Under the pieces are notes generated by a model. It searched no databases and was not told the DNA's origin. It saw nothing but the letters and a program-made list of their open reading frames with translations. Shown piece by piece: positions 10,317-19,418 of a DNA stretch of 64,000 nt. The position numbers were made by a program, and so were the translations under genes. Each line of letters opens with the position of its first letter. The first letter of the stretch is position 1. Location of the stretch: assembly GCA_049889535.1 (NCBI GenBank), contig JBMHDF010000011.1:18459-82458 (forward strand), read 5' to 3'. Source of the DNA: Parvibaculales bacterium. Its GTDB lineage: Bacteria > Pseudomonadota > Alphaproteobacteria > RS24.

Positions 10317-10862
10317 CTATAATTTTAAGTTTGCTTTTTTTGCAGCTCTTGTTAATTGAAATGAACCAAAGTAGTAGGGGGAGTCAACTATACTTATATA
10401 TATCCTTCCATTTTCAGTTAAATTCTTAATGCAAGAAACAAGGAAACGACGAACCAAAAAATGATTACTTGTCTTGCCCCACATAGAAGAGCGATTAGCA
10501 GCATTTGGAAATTGAAAAATTATTTGGTGGAACTTGGAAGCGCCAAATTTCTTGTCAATGTTCATTGCATTAACATTAAACAAGACTAAACCACCTAAAG
10601 ATTGAATCTTAAAAACGTTTTGTTGCGCTTGAGATGATAGCTCAGTCTTACTCTTGATAGTGGTGGCAACTAACATGTCTGGGTCTATCAAGCCTAGCTT
10701 AAGGATACTATAACCAAAACTAAAGTTTCCTTCTCCTAACAAAAGTGTTCGGCGATTCAATAAGTTGTTGGGTAATGCGGGTGTAGAAAATCGTAATAAA
10801 TCTAACACCTTCAAAATTAATAATTGAATAATTTCGTCAAGGGTTTTATTTTCAAAATGCAT
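10317..10862 (-). CDS. BMT5/DUF2431-like Rossmann methyltransferase (eukaryote-type family), AT-rich
   Basis: LLLGEGNFSFGYS and FHQIIFQFPNAA resemble the DUF2431 signature blocks LLVGEGDFSFS and FDxIIFNFPH. G+C is 19/60 in line 10321-10380. Confidence 0.6.
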   Translation of the reverse strand: MHFENKTLDEIIQLLILKVLDLLRFSTPALPNNLLNRRTLLLGEGNFSFGYSILKLGLIDPDMLVATTIKSKTELSSQAQQNVFKIQSLGGLVLFNVNAMNIDKKFGASKFHQIIFQFPNAANRSSMWGKTSNHFLVRRFLVSCIKNLTENGRIYISIVDSPYYFGSFQLTRAAKKANLKL

Positions 10863-10899
10863 ACAAAATTATCCCATACCAAACAAAGACGGGGCAAAA

Positions 10900-10914
10900 G
10901 AGCGGTTTTGGCAG
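10900..10914. repeat. Right arm of the inverted repeat bracketing the AT-rich cassette
   Basis: GAGCGGTTTTGGCAG. See the left arm at 10250-10264. Confidence 0.5.
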
Positions 10915-11071
10915 CAAAGTCAAAACACTAAAACTTGGTGTGAAAATAATAGTTTTATCATTTTCGGACTTTATTTTTTGTTATTCTTGTTGGTGCGCCT
11001 TAGGACGGCTATTAAGTCTCCAAACCTATATATGGGGGTATCGCGCGGGGGTTTCAAGGTCTCCCCACCCC

Positions 11072-11105
11072 AAAAAAAACAGAGCGCGCGGGCGCTCTGT
11101 TTCTT
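11072..11105. terminator. Bidirectional-looking hairpin terminator downstream of the DUF805 gene
   Basis: A8-CAGAGCGC-GCGG-GCGCTCTG-TTTCTT. On the minus strand the stem is followed by T8. It lies 62 nt after the stop at 11167. Confidence 0.55.
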
Positions 11106-11166
11106 GCTTTATGCTATGATTTTAGCGGATTCAACAGCGGCTTAAACGCCAGTTGAAGCGCCTGTT

Positions 11167-11655
11167 TTAAGCTTCTGGTGCGGCAGGCGCCTCCATCGGG
11201 TCAGCAGGTGCCGCAAGTGGATCTGCGCCATAGGCATTGTCACCCATTGTGCCTTTGCTGGCCAGCCAAACAATCTGCACAATCATCACACCCAAAACAG
11301 CGGCGGCCATCACCAGCCCGCCCAAAATTTCAGAGGCAAACATCAATAAAAGGCCTAAAATCACCCCGCCAAACATAATCAGGATAAACCATAAAATCCA
11401 CCAGCCGCTGCGGCCAATATCATGAAACCGGCGCGCCGTCACCGCCAAATATGGCAGCAAAACAGCCAGCGAGAAGATAGAACTCAGCGGGCTATATGGA
11501 TTATCAATGCCAAAAATCATCACATCCAAAACCGTGAGCACCACTGAGGCAATGACATAGAAAAGATAAAAAAACCAATATTCTGACCGCGGCGCGCGAC
11601 CTGAAAATGTGGCATAGTTAGAAAAACAGCTCGAGACAGCTTGACCAAAACCCAT
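11167..11655 (-). CDS. DUF805 family inner-membrane protein
   Basis: FSGRAPRSEYWFFYLFYVI ... RRFHDIGRSGWW are DUF805 hallmarks. Start moved to ATG 11655, preceded by a strong AAGGAGGG. Confidence 0.8.
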   Translation of the reverse strand: MGFGQAVSSCFSNYATFSGRAPRSEYWFFYLFYVIASVVLTVLDVMIFGIDNPYSPLSSIFSLAVLLPYLAVTARRFHDIGRSGWWILWFILIMFGGVILGLLLMFASEILGGLVMAAAVLGVMIVQIVWLASKGTMGDNAYGADPLAAPADPMEAPAAPEA

Positions 11656-11720
11656 AACGCAACCCTCCTTACGCAAAATTTTAAACACATCCTTATCGAA
11701 CAATGATTGGGGGGGCAATG

Positions 11721-11760
11721 TCCAGCATTTATTGTCCAGCATTTATTACAGCATTTATTA
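11721..11760. repeat. Three tandem direct repeats (TCCAGCATTTATTG / TCCAGCATTTATTA / CAGCATTTATTA) upstream of the DUF805 gene
   Basis: Read directly from the sequence. The minus-strand unit is TAATAAATGCTG(GA), located 66-105 nt upstream of ATG 11655. Confidence 0.7.
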
Positions 11761-11904
11761 AGGGCGCGCTTATTTAAAAAATAACCAGCCCATCGCAGAT
11801 TATGATAAAATAAATAGCAATTTGTTGCTGATGTGAGTCGTACACCGCCCTTTCTTCATTTGGCGGTTATGTGTTGATAAAAATAAAAAAGGACACACAA
11901 GCAC

Positions 11905-12531
11905 ATGGCACTTTATCACCCGCTCAACCATTATTTGCAGGCCGCCGCCAAACATGGCGAAGCGGAGCTGACCCTCACTCTTGATGAGATTGAAACCATT
12001 CTCGGTTTTCCGCTATCGCAAATGGCGCGCCAAAATGCCGATTGGTGGCAGGCAGACGCCCATAACCACCACGCCTGGACGCGAAGTTGGCAAAAAGCTG
12101 GCTGGACGATTGGCCGGCTGGAAACTGGCGCTAATGGCGAGATTAAAGCTGTGATGTTTGCCTGTACCGGCACACCGAGCCTGCGCGCGCGGGCGGGGTT
12201 TGTGTATGTGCGCCATGTCAGCCCCGCACTGGAGCGCGCCGATGCGGCCGTCACCCCACTATTTGACCGCTTGGCTGAAAAAATTGTGCCAGCTATCGCG
12301 CCGCGACTGGACTGGGCGCTCGACCAAATTGAAATGGGATTTAAAAAAGCGAAATCACTCTATCATGAACATGCCCAGCCGCATGTGACCCGCGCGGGCG
12401 ATATGGTTTTTGAACAGTTGGACGCCGCCGTCACCCGCCTCGCGCCTTATGTGCTGCCCCACGCACAAGCCGCCCGCGACAAGCTGCGTGAAGGCATCAA
12501 CACCATTTTGGATAAAATTGTTAAACGGTAA
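11905..12531 (+). CDS. Hypothetical protein: DUF7662-like N-terminal domain fused to an amphipathic-helix repeat region
   Basis: YHPLNHYL...LTLTLDEIETILGFPLSQMARQNADWWQAD..HHAWTRSWQKAGW matches the Y.PL..YL / tLtf.EIE.ILGFPLP.SAR..WW.N / AGW pattern. The C-terminus has an internal DAAVT(P/R)L repeat. Confidence 0.55.
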   Translation: MALYHPLNHYLQAAAKHGEAELTLTLDEIETILGFPLSQMARQNADWWQADAHNHHAWTRSWQKAGWTIGRLETGANGEIKAVMFACTGTPSLRARAGFVYVRHVSPALERADAAVTPLFDRLAEKIVPAIAPRLDWALDQIEMGFKKAKSLYHEHAQPHVTRAGDMVFEQLDAAVTRLAPYVLPHAQAARDKLREGINTILDKIVKR

Positions 12532-12580
12532 GGGGGCAACAAGTTGCCAACCGCTTTTTAACCAGCGGGCACTTTTAGCC

Positions 12581-13639
<1,059 letters not shown>

Positions 13640-13832
13640 CTAATATAATCACATAAATTTTATGTAGATTATTATTTATTACATTTTCAATACGCTATTT
13701 AGCAAATAAATCTAAAAAAACAAGCTCAAACTGAGCAATTTCTTATTCTTTTGCGGTTTTTAGCTGTGGCGACTTGTCGCCTTTTTCATATGTGGACTAG
13801 GCAAGCCTGCCCAACAGGCTTATAAAGCTCAC

Positions 13833-14156
13833 ATGTCAAATGAACAAGTGCCAAAACCTGCCCCCCTGCCAACACCTGAAATGGCTGAGGTCAGAAAAAA
13901 TATTGACCAGCTTGATAAGCAGCTGGTTGCGCTTTTGCGCGCGCGCTTAAACTGGGTTGAACAGGCTGGCAAGGTTAAAAAACAGCGCCAACATGTCGTT
14001 GATGAAGCCCGCATTGAAGAAGTTATTCAAAATGTTTTGCGCGAAGCCAAAATACAAGGCCTACCTGAGGGGCTAACTGAAAAGCTCTGGCGAGTGTTAA
14101 TCGACCAGAGCATTGAGCATGAATATTCAATATTTGACGCGAAAAGCGACGATTAA
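13833..14156 (+). CDS. Chorismate mutase (AroQ class)
   Basis: EVRKNIDQLDKQLVALLRARLNWVEQAGKVKK...EEVIQNV...LWRVLIDQSIEHE is the AroQ helical-bundle pattern. Confidence 0.85.
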   Translation: MSNEQVPKPAPLPTPEMAEVRKNIDQLDKQLVALLRARLNWVEQAGKVKKQRQHVVDEARIEEVIQNVLREAKIQGLPEGLTEKLWRVLIDQSIEHEYSIFDAKSDD

Positions 14157-14162
14157 GAATAA

Positions 14163-14513
<351 letters not shown>

Positions 14514-14607
14514 TTATGATATACCCATTGCTACATTTAAGATGGGCAATTCTTTATCATAGCCAGCCCCATGCGTCTATAAGAGTTTTGGGCAAGTTTT
14601 GGACTTA

Positions 14608-15588
14608 ATGACGGATAAAAAACTAAAAATATCGGTAGAAAGCTACCCGCTTAAAGAAGCCTTTACAATTTCTCGTGGGTCTAAGCGAAGCGCTGATGTG
14701 GTGGTTGTCGAAATCCATCAAAATGGATTAGTGGGGCGCGGGGAAGCTGTGCCTTATGCGCGTTATGGAGAGACTTTAGAAACCGTCACCGCTAGTATTG
14801 AAAATATTCAAACAGCACTTGAAAAAAACATGAGCCGTACACAGCTGCAATCGGCCATGCTGCCTGGTGCTGCGCGCAATGCGATTGACTGCGCCCTATG
14901 GGATTTAGAAGCACAGATAGCGGGGCAAACACTGCCACAATATGCAGACCTTCCAACACCGAAAGACTTGCCCTCCGCTTTTACCATTTCGCTCAACAGC
15001 CCTGCCGTGATGGCCGATAAAGCCAAACAGGCCAAAAATTACCCATTGTTAAAATTAAAACTTGGCGGTGAAGATGGTTTTGCGGCTGATTTAGGGCGGC
15101 TGGCAGCGGTGCGCCAAGCACGTCCAGAAGCGGATTTGATGGTTGATGTCAATGAAGCATGGCAAGCTAATGACCTTGCCGCGCATGTGTCACAACTCAA
15201 AAGCTTTAACTTAAAACTCATTGAGCAGCCTTTGGCAGAGGGCAAAGACGATATTTTAAAAACGCTTGATTTAAGCTTTTGCGCTGATGAAAGCATTCAT
15301 GACACCAACAGCCTGACGGGTTTAAAAGGAAAATATGATTGGGTGAATATTAAATTGGATAAAACAGGCGGGCTGACAGAGGCTCTCAAATTGGTTGATT
15401 TAGCCAAAAAACAAGGCTTTCAAATTATGATTGGCTGTATGGTCTCGTCCTCATTGGCGCTTTATCCAGCTTTTTGTCTGGCGCAAATATGCGATTTAGC
15501 GGATCTCGATGGCGCGCTTTTTTTGGCACAAGACAGACAGCCCGGTTTCATGTATAAACACGCTGTCATGTCATTCCCCACGGCATGA
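14608..15588 (+). CDS. Dipeptide (L-Ala-D/L-Glu) epimerase, enolase superfamily (MR/MLE)
   Basis: LKLKLGG, MVDVNEAW, LIEQPL, CADES and NIKLDKTGGLTEA are the MLE-subgroup catalytic blocks. The track start at 14599 is TTG, so ATG 14608 was preferred. Confidence 0.8.
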   Translation: MTDKKLKISVESYPLKEAFTISRGSKRSADVVVVEIHQNGLVGRGEAVPYARYGETLETVTASIENIQTALEKNMSRTQLQSAMLPGAARNAIDCALWDLEAQIAGQTLPQYADLPTPKDLPSAFTISLNSPAVMADKAKQAKNYPLLKLKLGGEDGFAADLGRLAAVRQARPEADLMVDVNEAWQANDLAAHVSQLKSFNLKLIEQPLAEGKDDILKTLDLSFCADESIHDTNSLTGLKGKYDWVNIKLDKTGGLTEALKLVDLAKKQGFQIMIGCMVSSSLALYPAFCLAQICDLADLDGALFLAQDRQPGFMYKHAVMSFPTA

Positions 15589-15670
15589 ATTGAGTTAATG
15601 TCATTGTTCAATCATGGTCGCTTATTTCAAAACAAATCGTGTTTGCACTGACACATAAAAGGCATGGGGT

Positions 15671-17005
15671 ATGAATATTCTCAATCAATCTAATCTCCTC
15701 ACACCGCAGCTCAAACAGGCTTTGAGTGGGGAGCGGCCATTGCGTATTTTAATGCCAAGCTATCGCAGCCACCCTTTTGTCGGCGGGCAAGGTATTTATT
15801 TAAGACATTTGTCCAAAGCATTGGTTGATTTAGGCCATCAGGTTGATGTCATATCAGGCCCACCTTACCCAGATTTGGACCCGCGGGTTGGGCTGATTGA
15901 ACTGCCCTCACTCGATATGTACGCCCGCGACAATCCGATTGCCTGCCTCAATTGGGACATTATCAAAAACCCAATCGATTTTTATGAATATCTTGTTCAC
16001 AATAGTGGCGGTTTTCCCGAACCCTATACTTTTGGGGTGCGCATGGCCGCTTATATGAAAGATAAAATTGCGGATTACGACATTGTGCATGATAATCAAA
16101 CCCTGTGTTACGGCCTGCTTAAATTGCGCGATATGGGGTTGCCCGTAGTGGGCAATGTGCACCACCCCATCACGATGGATAAGCGCATTGATATTCATCA
16201 TGCAGGCAGTTTGAGTTTAAAAATATTAAAATGGCGGTGGTATAGTTTTTTGCGCATGCAAATTAAAGTTGCACGCCAGCTCGACCATATTATCGTGCCA
16301 TCAGACAATACACGCAAAGATGTGATTACGGACTTTGCCCTTAAACCCGAAACCATTCGGCGTATTCATTTGGGCATTGATCATGAGACCTATCAGCCGA
16401 ATAATAAAATCTCCCGCCGCCCTAACCGCTTAATGGTAACAGCCAGCGCTGATGTGCCGCTAAAGGGACTAATTTATCTCATTCGCGCCTATCATCAGTT
16501 GCTTCAAAAACACCCAGATTTAGAACTGACTGTGATTGGTAGCCTGCGCGAGGGGCCAACAATGGAAGAGTTGGATAAACGCGGCATTCGCGAACGCGTG
16601 ATATTCACTTCTGGATTAGAGGCGCAAGAAATTGCCGATTTATATGCGCAAGCAACCATAGCGGTTTCGCCATCTGTTTATGAAGGTTTTGGTTTTCCGG
16701 CTGGTGAAGCATTGGCCTGCGGCCTGCCGCTGGTGGCGACCAATGGTGGGTCTTTACCAGAAGTTGTGGGCGATGCAGGGCTGGTCGTGCCACACTCAAA
16801 CCCGTCAGCATTGGCAGCGGCTATAGATGGTCTTTTGACCGACCCGCAAAAGCGCGGCGCGCTTGCGGCTAAAGCCCGCCCGCATATTTTGCAACATTTC
16901 ACATGGCGTCATTGCGCCCAAAACAGCTTGGCCGTGTATCGCGAGGCCATTGCTCAACACCACAATATCGAGCCTTTAGAGGTGGCGACCCATGCAGACA
17001 ATTAA
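15671..17005 (+). CDS. Glycosyltransferase family 4 (GT-B)
   Basis: PFVGGQGIYLRHLSKAL at the N-terminus and a C-terminal SVYEGFGFPAGEALACGLPLVATNGGSLPEVV (EX7E-type block). Confidence 0.85.
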   Translation: MNILNQSNLLTPQLKQALSGERPLRILMPSYRSHPFVGGQGIYLRHLSKALVDLGHQVDVISGPPYPDLDPRVGLIELPSLDMYARDNPIACLNWDIIKNPIDFYEYLVHNSGGFPEPYTFGVRMAAYMKDKIADYDIVHDNQTLCYGLLKLRDMGLPVVGNVHHPITMDKRIDIHHAGSLSLKILKWRWYSFLRMQIKVARQLDHIIVPSDNTRKDVITDFALKPETIRRIHLGIDHETYQPNNKISRRPNRLMVTASADVPLKGLIYLIRAYHQLLQKHPDLELTVIGSLREGPTMEELDKRGIRERVIFTSGLEAQEIADLYAQATIAVSPSVYEGFGFPAGEALACGLPLVATNGGSLPEVVGDAGLVVPHSNPSALAAAIDGLLTDPQKRGALAAKARPHILQHFTWRHCAQNSLAVYREAIAQHHNIEPLEVATHADN

Positions 17006-17714
17006 TCTCTCAATTCTGCAGGTTGAAAAACAGCATATGCTCCTTGATCTTGGCTGCGGAGAGGGACGGCATTGCCACGCGGCCTATTATCATGCAGCCT
17101 GTCAGGTCATTGGTCTTGATTTAAGCTTTGACGACATCATCACCACACGCAAAGGGTTCCAAGACCACCCGGTCACCGAGCCAACGCCGCATCAGCATTT
17201 TGCACTTGGCGTGGCCAATGCGCAAAACATCCCACTTGCCAATGCCAGTCTGGACCGCATTATTTGCTCAGAAGTCTTGGAGCACATACCCGATTATTTT
17301 CGAGTGATTGATGAAATCACCCGCATTTTAAAACCAGATGGACGGGTTGCCATATCTGTACCGCGCCAAGCTCCTGAAACAATATGCTGGTGGCTTTCCG
17401 AGGATTATCACAATGAACCAGGCGGCCATATTCGGATTTTTAACGCGCAAGAGCTGATAGAAGATTTTGAGGCGCGGGGGTTTCACTGCGTCAAAAAACA
17501 ATATGCGCATGGTTTGCACACGCCTTATTGGTGGCTACGCTGTGCCTTTGGCGTCAAAAAAGAGCATAATTTCATCACCCGCCTTTGGCACAAATTGCTG
17601 GTCCTTGAAATGATGAAAGACCCTATTTGGTTGCGTGGCATTTCAAAACTTGCTGACTGGTTGATGGGCAAGAGTGTTGTTTTATATTTTGAGCGCGCCA
17701 ATCATGACTCATAA
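16992..17714 (+). CDS. Class I SAM-dependent methyltransferase (type 11)
   Basis: Motif I LLDLGCGEG and the post-I block VIGLDLS...RIICSEVLEHI. The ATG overlaps the GT4 stop by 14 nt. Confidence 0.85.
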   Translation: MQTINLSILQVEKQHMLLDLGCGEGRHCHAAYYHAACQVIGLDLSFDDIITTRKGFQDHPVTEPTPHQHFALGVANAQNIPLANASLDRIICSEVLEHIPDYFRVIDEITRILKPDGRVAISVPRQAPETICWWLSEDYHNEPGGHIRIFNAQELIEDFEARGFHCVKKQYAHGLHTPYWWLRCAFGVKKEHNFITRLWHKLLVLEMMKDPIWLRGISKLADWLMGKSVVLYFERANHDS

Positions 17715-18774
17715 ACTCCATAATGGGTTTTTTGATGGCGCGATTGCGCATATCTTAGAAATCCAAAATAATCAGGGCGCAATTGCATGGTTTAAAAATG
17801 GCGTCATTGACCCTTGGAACCATTTAGAGGCGGTGATGGGGCTCAACCTATGCGGCGCCCGCACGCAAGCTGATAAAGGGTTTCGTTTTTTACAAGAAAC
17901 GCAATTGCCCGATGGTTCATGGTGGGGACAACTTGGTAGCGCCGTGCCGATTGACGAGACTTTACAAAATTTTTCAACCCAAAGCATGGCAACAGGTCAA
18001 AAAATTCGGGAAACAAATTTCACCGCCTATATCGCCACAGCAATTTGGCATGATTATTTACTAAACGGTGATATTGCACGCACGCAAATTTTTTGGCCGA
18101 TGGTGGAGGCCGCTTTAGATTTTGTCATTCACCACCAAACAACATATGGCGATATTGTTTGGCTTGCCGCCAATAGCCTTGATAGGCCGGATGATTTTAA
18201 CGCCGAAAAAATGGTCAAAACGGACTCGCTGCTCACTGGCAATAGCTCGATTTATAAAAGTCTGGTTTGCGGGTTAAAGCTGGCAAAGATTTTATCAATC
18301 GATAAGCCTGCATGGGAGACGGCACGACAAAAACTCCAAACCGCACTCACCCAACACCCTGAACGCTTTAATCGAAATATGGACGATACAAAATTTTCAA
18401 TGGATTGGTATTATCCAGCGCTCAGTGGTGCGCTGCCCTTGGCTCAAGCCCGCGCCAGAATTGAAAATTTTTGGGATATATTTGTGGTTGAAGGGGTTGG
18501 GTGCAAATGTGTTGCGCACGAAACTTGGGTTACAATGGCCGAAACCGCCGAACTGGCCATCACATTAAAAGCAATTGGGCTAGACGATAAAGCCCGTGAG
18601 GTTTTGTCTTGGTTGGACCAGCATCGAGATGAAAAAGGCGCTTATTGGATTGGCTATGAGTATGAAGCGCAGGTTTTTTGGCCGATTGAAAAGCCCCCAT
18701 GGACTGCCGGCGCGGTTATTTTGGCAACTGATGCCATTGAGGCCTTATCGCCCGCACACAAGCTTTTCACATAA
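17704..18774 (+). CDS. Alpha/alpha-toroid protein (prenyltransferase / squalene-oxidase-repeat-like), function unknown
   Basis: Repeat-like segments NQGAIAWF, QLPDGSWWGQLG and EKGAYWIGYEY. ATG 17704 overlaps the upstream methyltransferase stop by 11 nt. Confidence 0.6.
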   Translation: MTHKLHNGFFDGAIAHILEIQNNQGAIAWFKNGVIDPWNHLEAVMGLNLCGARTQADKGFRFLQETQLPDGSWWGQLGSAVPIDETLQNFSTQSMATGQKIRETNFTAYIATAIWHDYLLNGDIARTQIFWPMVEAALDFVIHHQTTYGDIVWLAANSLDRPDDFNAEKMVKTDSLLTGNSSIYKSLVCGLKLAKILSIDKPAWETARQKLQTALTQHPERFNRNMDDTKFSMDWYYPALSGALPLAQARARIENFWDIFVVEGVGCKCVAHETWVTMAETAELAITLKAIGLDDKAREVLSWLDQHRDEKGAYWIGYEYEAQVFWPIEKPPWTAGAVILATDAIEALSPAHKLFT

Positions 18775-18786
18775 AGGCCAAAACAG

Positions 18787-19401
18787 TTAACGCCGTCTTA
18801 AAATCCGCAGTGATTTCACAATGGCAATTTCCTCAAACAACCCAGACGCCATAGCCAGCAAATATATTTCATAAGGCGGGCGCCCGCCATCTTCAGGGTT
18901 TGGAAAGACATCATGAATGGCCAGCAAACCATGAGGCGCGATTTTGCCGCTCCAAAGCCGGTAATCATTGAACGCAGCCTGCATAGAATGGCCACCATCG
19001 ATGAAAACAAAAGCCAGATTTTGGGTAATTAATTGCGCGGCCAAGATAGAGGGCGCGACCACTGGCACCACAGTGTCCTCAAGCTTTGCGCGGCGCAATG
19101 TGTCACGAAAATGACCTAGCGAACTCATGCCGCCTGTTGCTGAATCTGCTAAATCTGGGTCAAAATAACCCTCACCCGGCTGGTTTTCTTCTGACCCGTA
19201 ATGATGGTCCACCGCCATAAGCAAACGCCCCGATTGCTGGCAGGCGGCACCAAGATAAACAGTAGATTTGCCGCAATAGCTGCCAATTTCAACTGCCAAC
19301 CCGCCCAGCTCTAAGGCGGATAAATGGTCATATAAGGCCGCCCCTTCTTCCGGGTCTAAGAACCCTTTCACGCTTTCAATATCCAGCGGTAATTCCATCA
19401 A
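18787..19401 (-). CDS. Class I SAM-dependent methyltransferase (Methyltransf_24-like)
   Basis: VEIGSYCGKSTVYL (motif I-like), FVFIDGGHS and LLAIHDV. Lies 17 nt downstream of the GPH transporter on the same strand. Confidence 0.75.
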   Translation of the reverse strand: MMELPLDIESVKGFLDPEEGAALYDHLSALELGGLAVEIGSYCGKSTVYLGAACQQSGRLLMAVDHHYGSEENQPGEGYFDPDLADSATGGMSSLGHFRDTLRRAKLEDTVVPVVAPSILAAQLITQNLAFVFIDGGHSMQAAFNDYRLWSGKIAPHGLLAIHDVFPNPEDGGRPPYEIYLLAMASGLFEEIAIVKSLRILRRR

Positions 19402-19418
19402 ACCACCCTCACCTTCTT

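Noticed and set aside
11041-11070. CGCGGGGGTTTCAAGGTCTCCCCACCCC, which looked like a tRNA T-arm/3'-end remnant that could mark an island attachment site next to the AT-rich cassette
   Set aside because: The stem is imperfect, there is no acceptor or CCA context, and I could find no matching direct repeat on the other side of the cassette.
11721-11760. The short tandem repeats, considered as a CRISPR-like array
   Set aside because: The units are 12-14 bp and directly abutting with no spacers, and no cas genes are present. They are reported as a plain tandem repeat instead.
12535-12560. Small hairpin GGCAAC-AA-GTTGCC after the hypothetical gene, considered as a terminator
   Set aside because: The loop is only 2 nt and the T-run is separated from the stem, so it is too weak to call.
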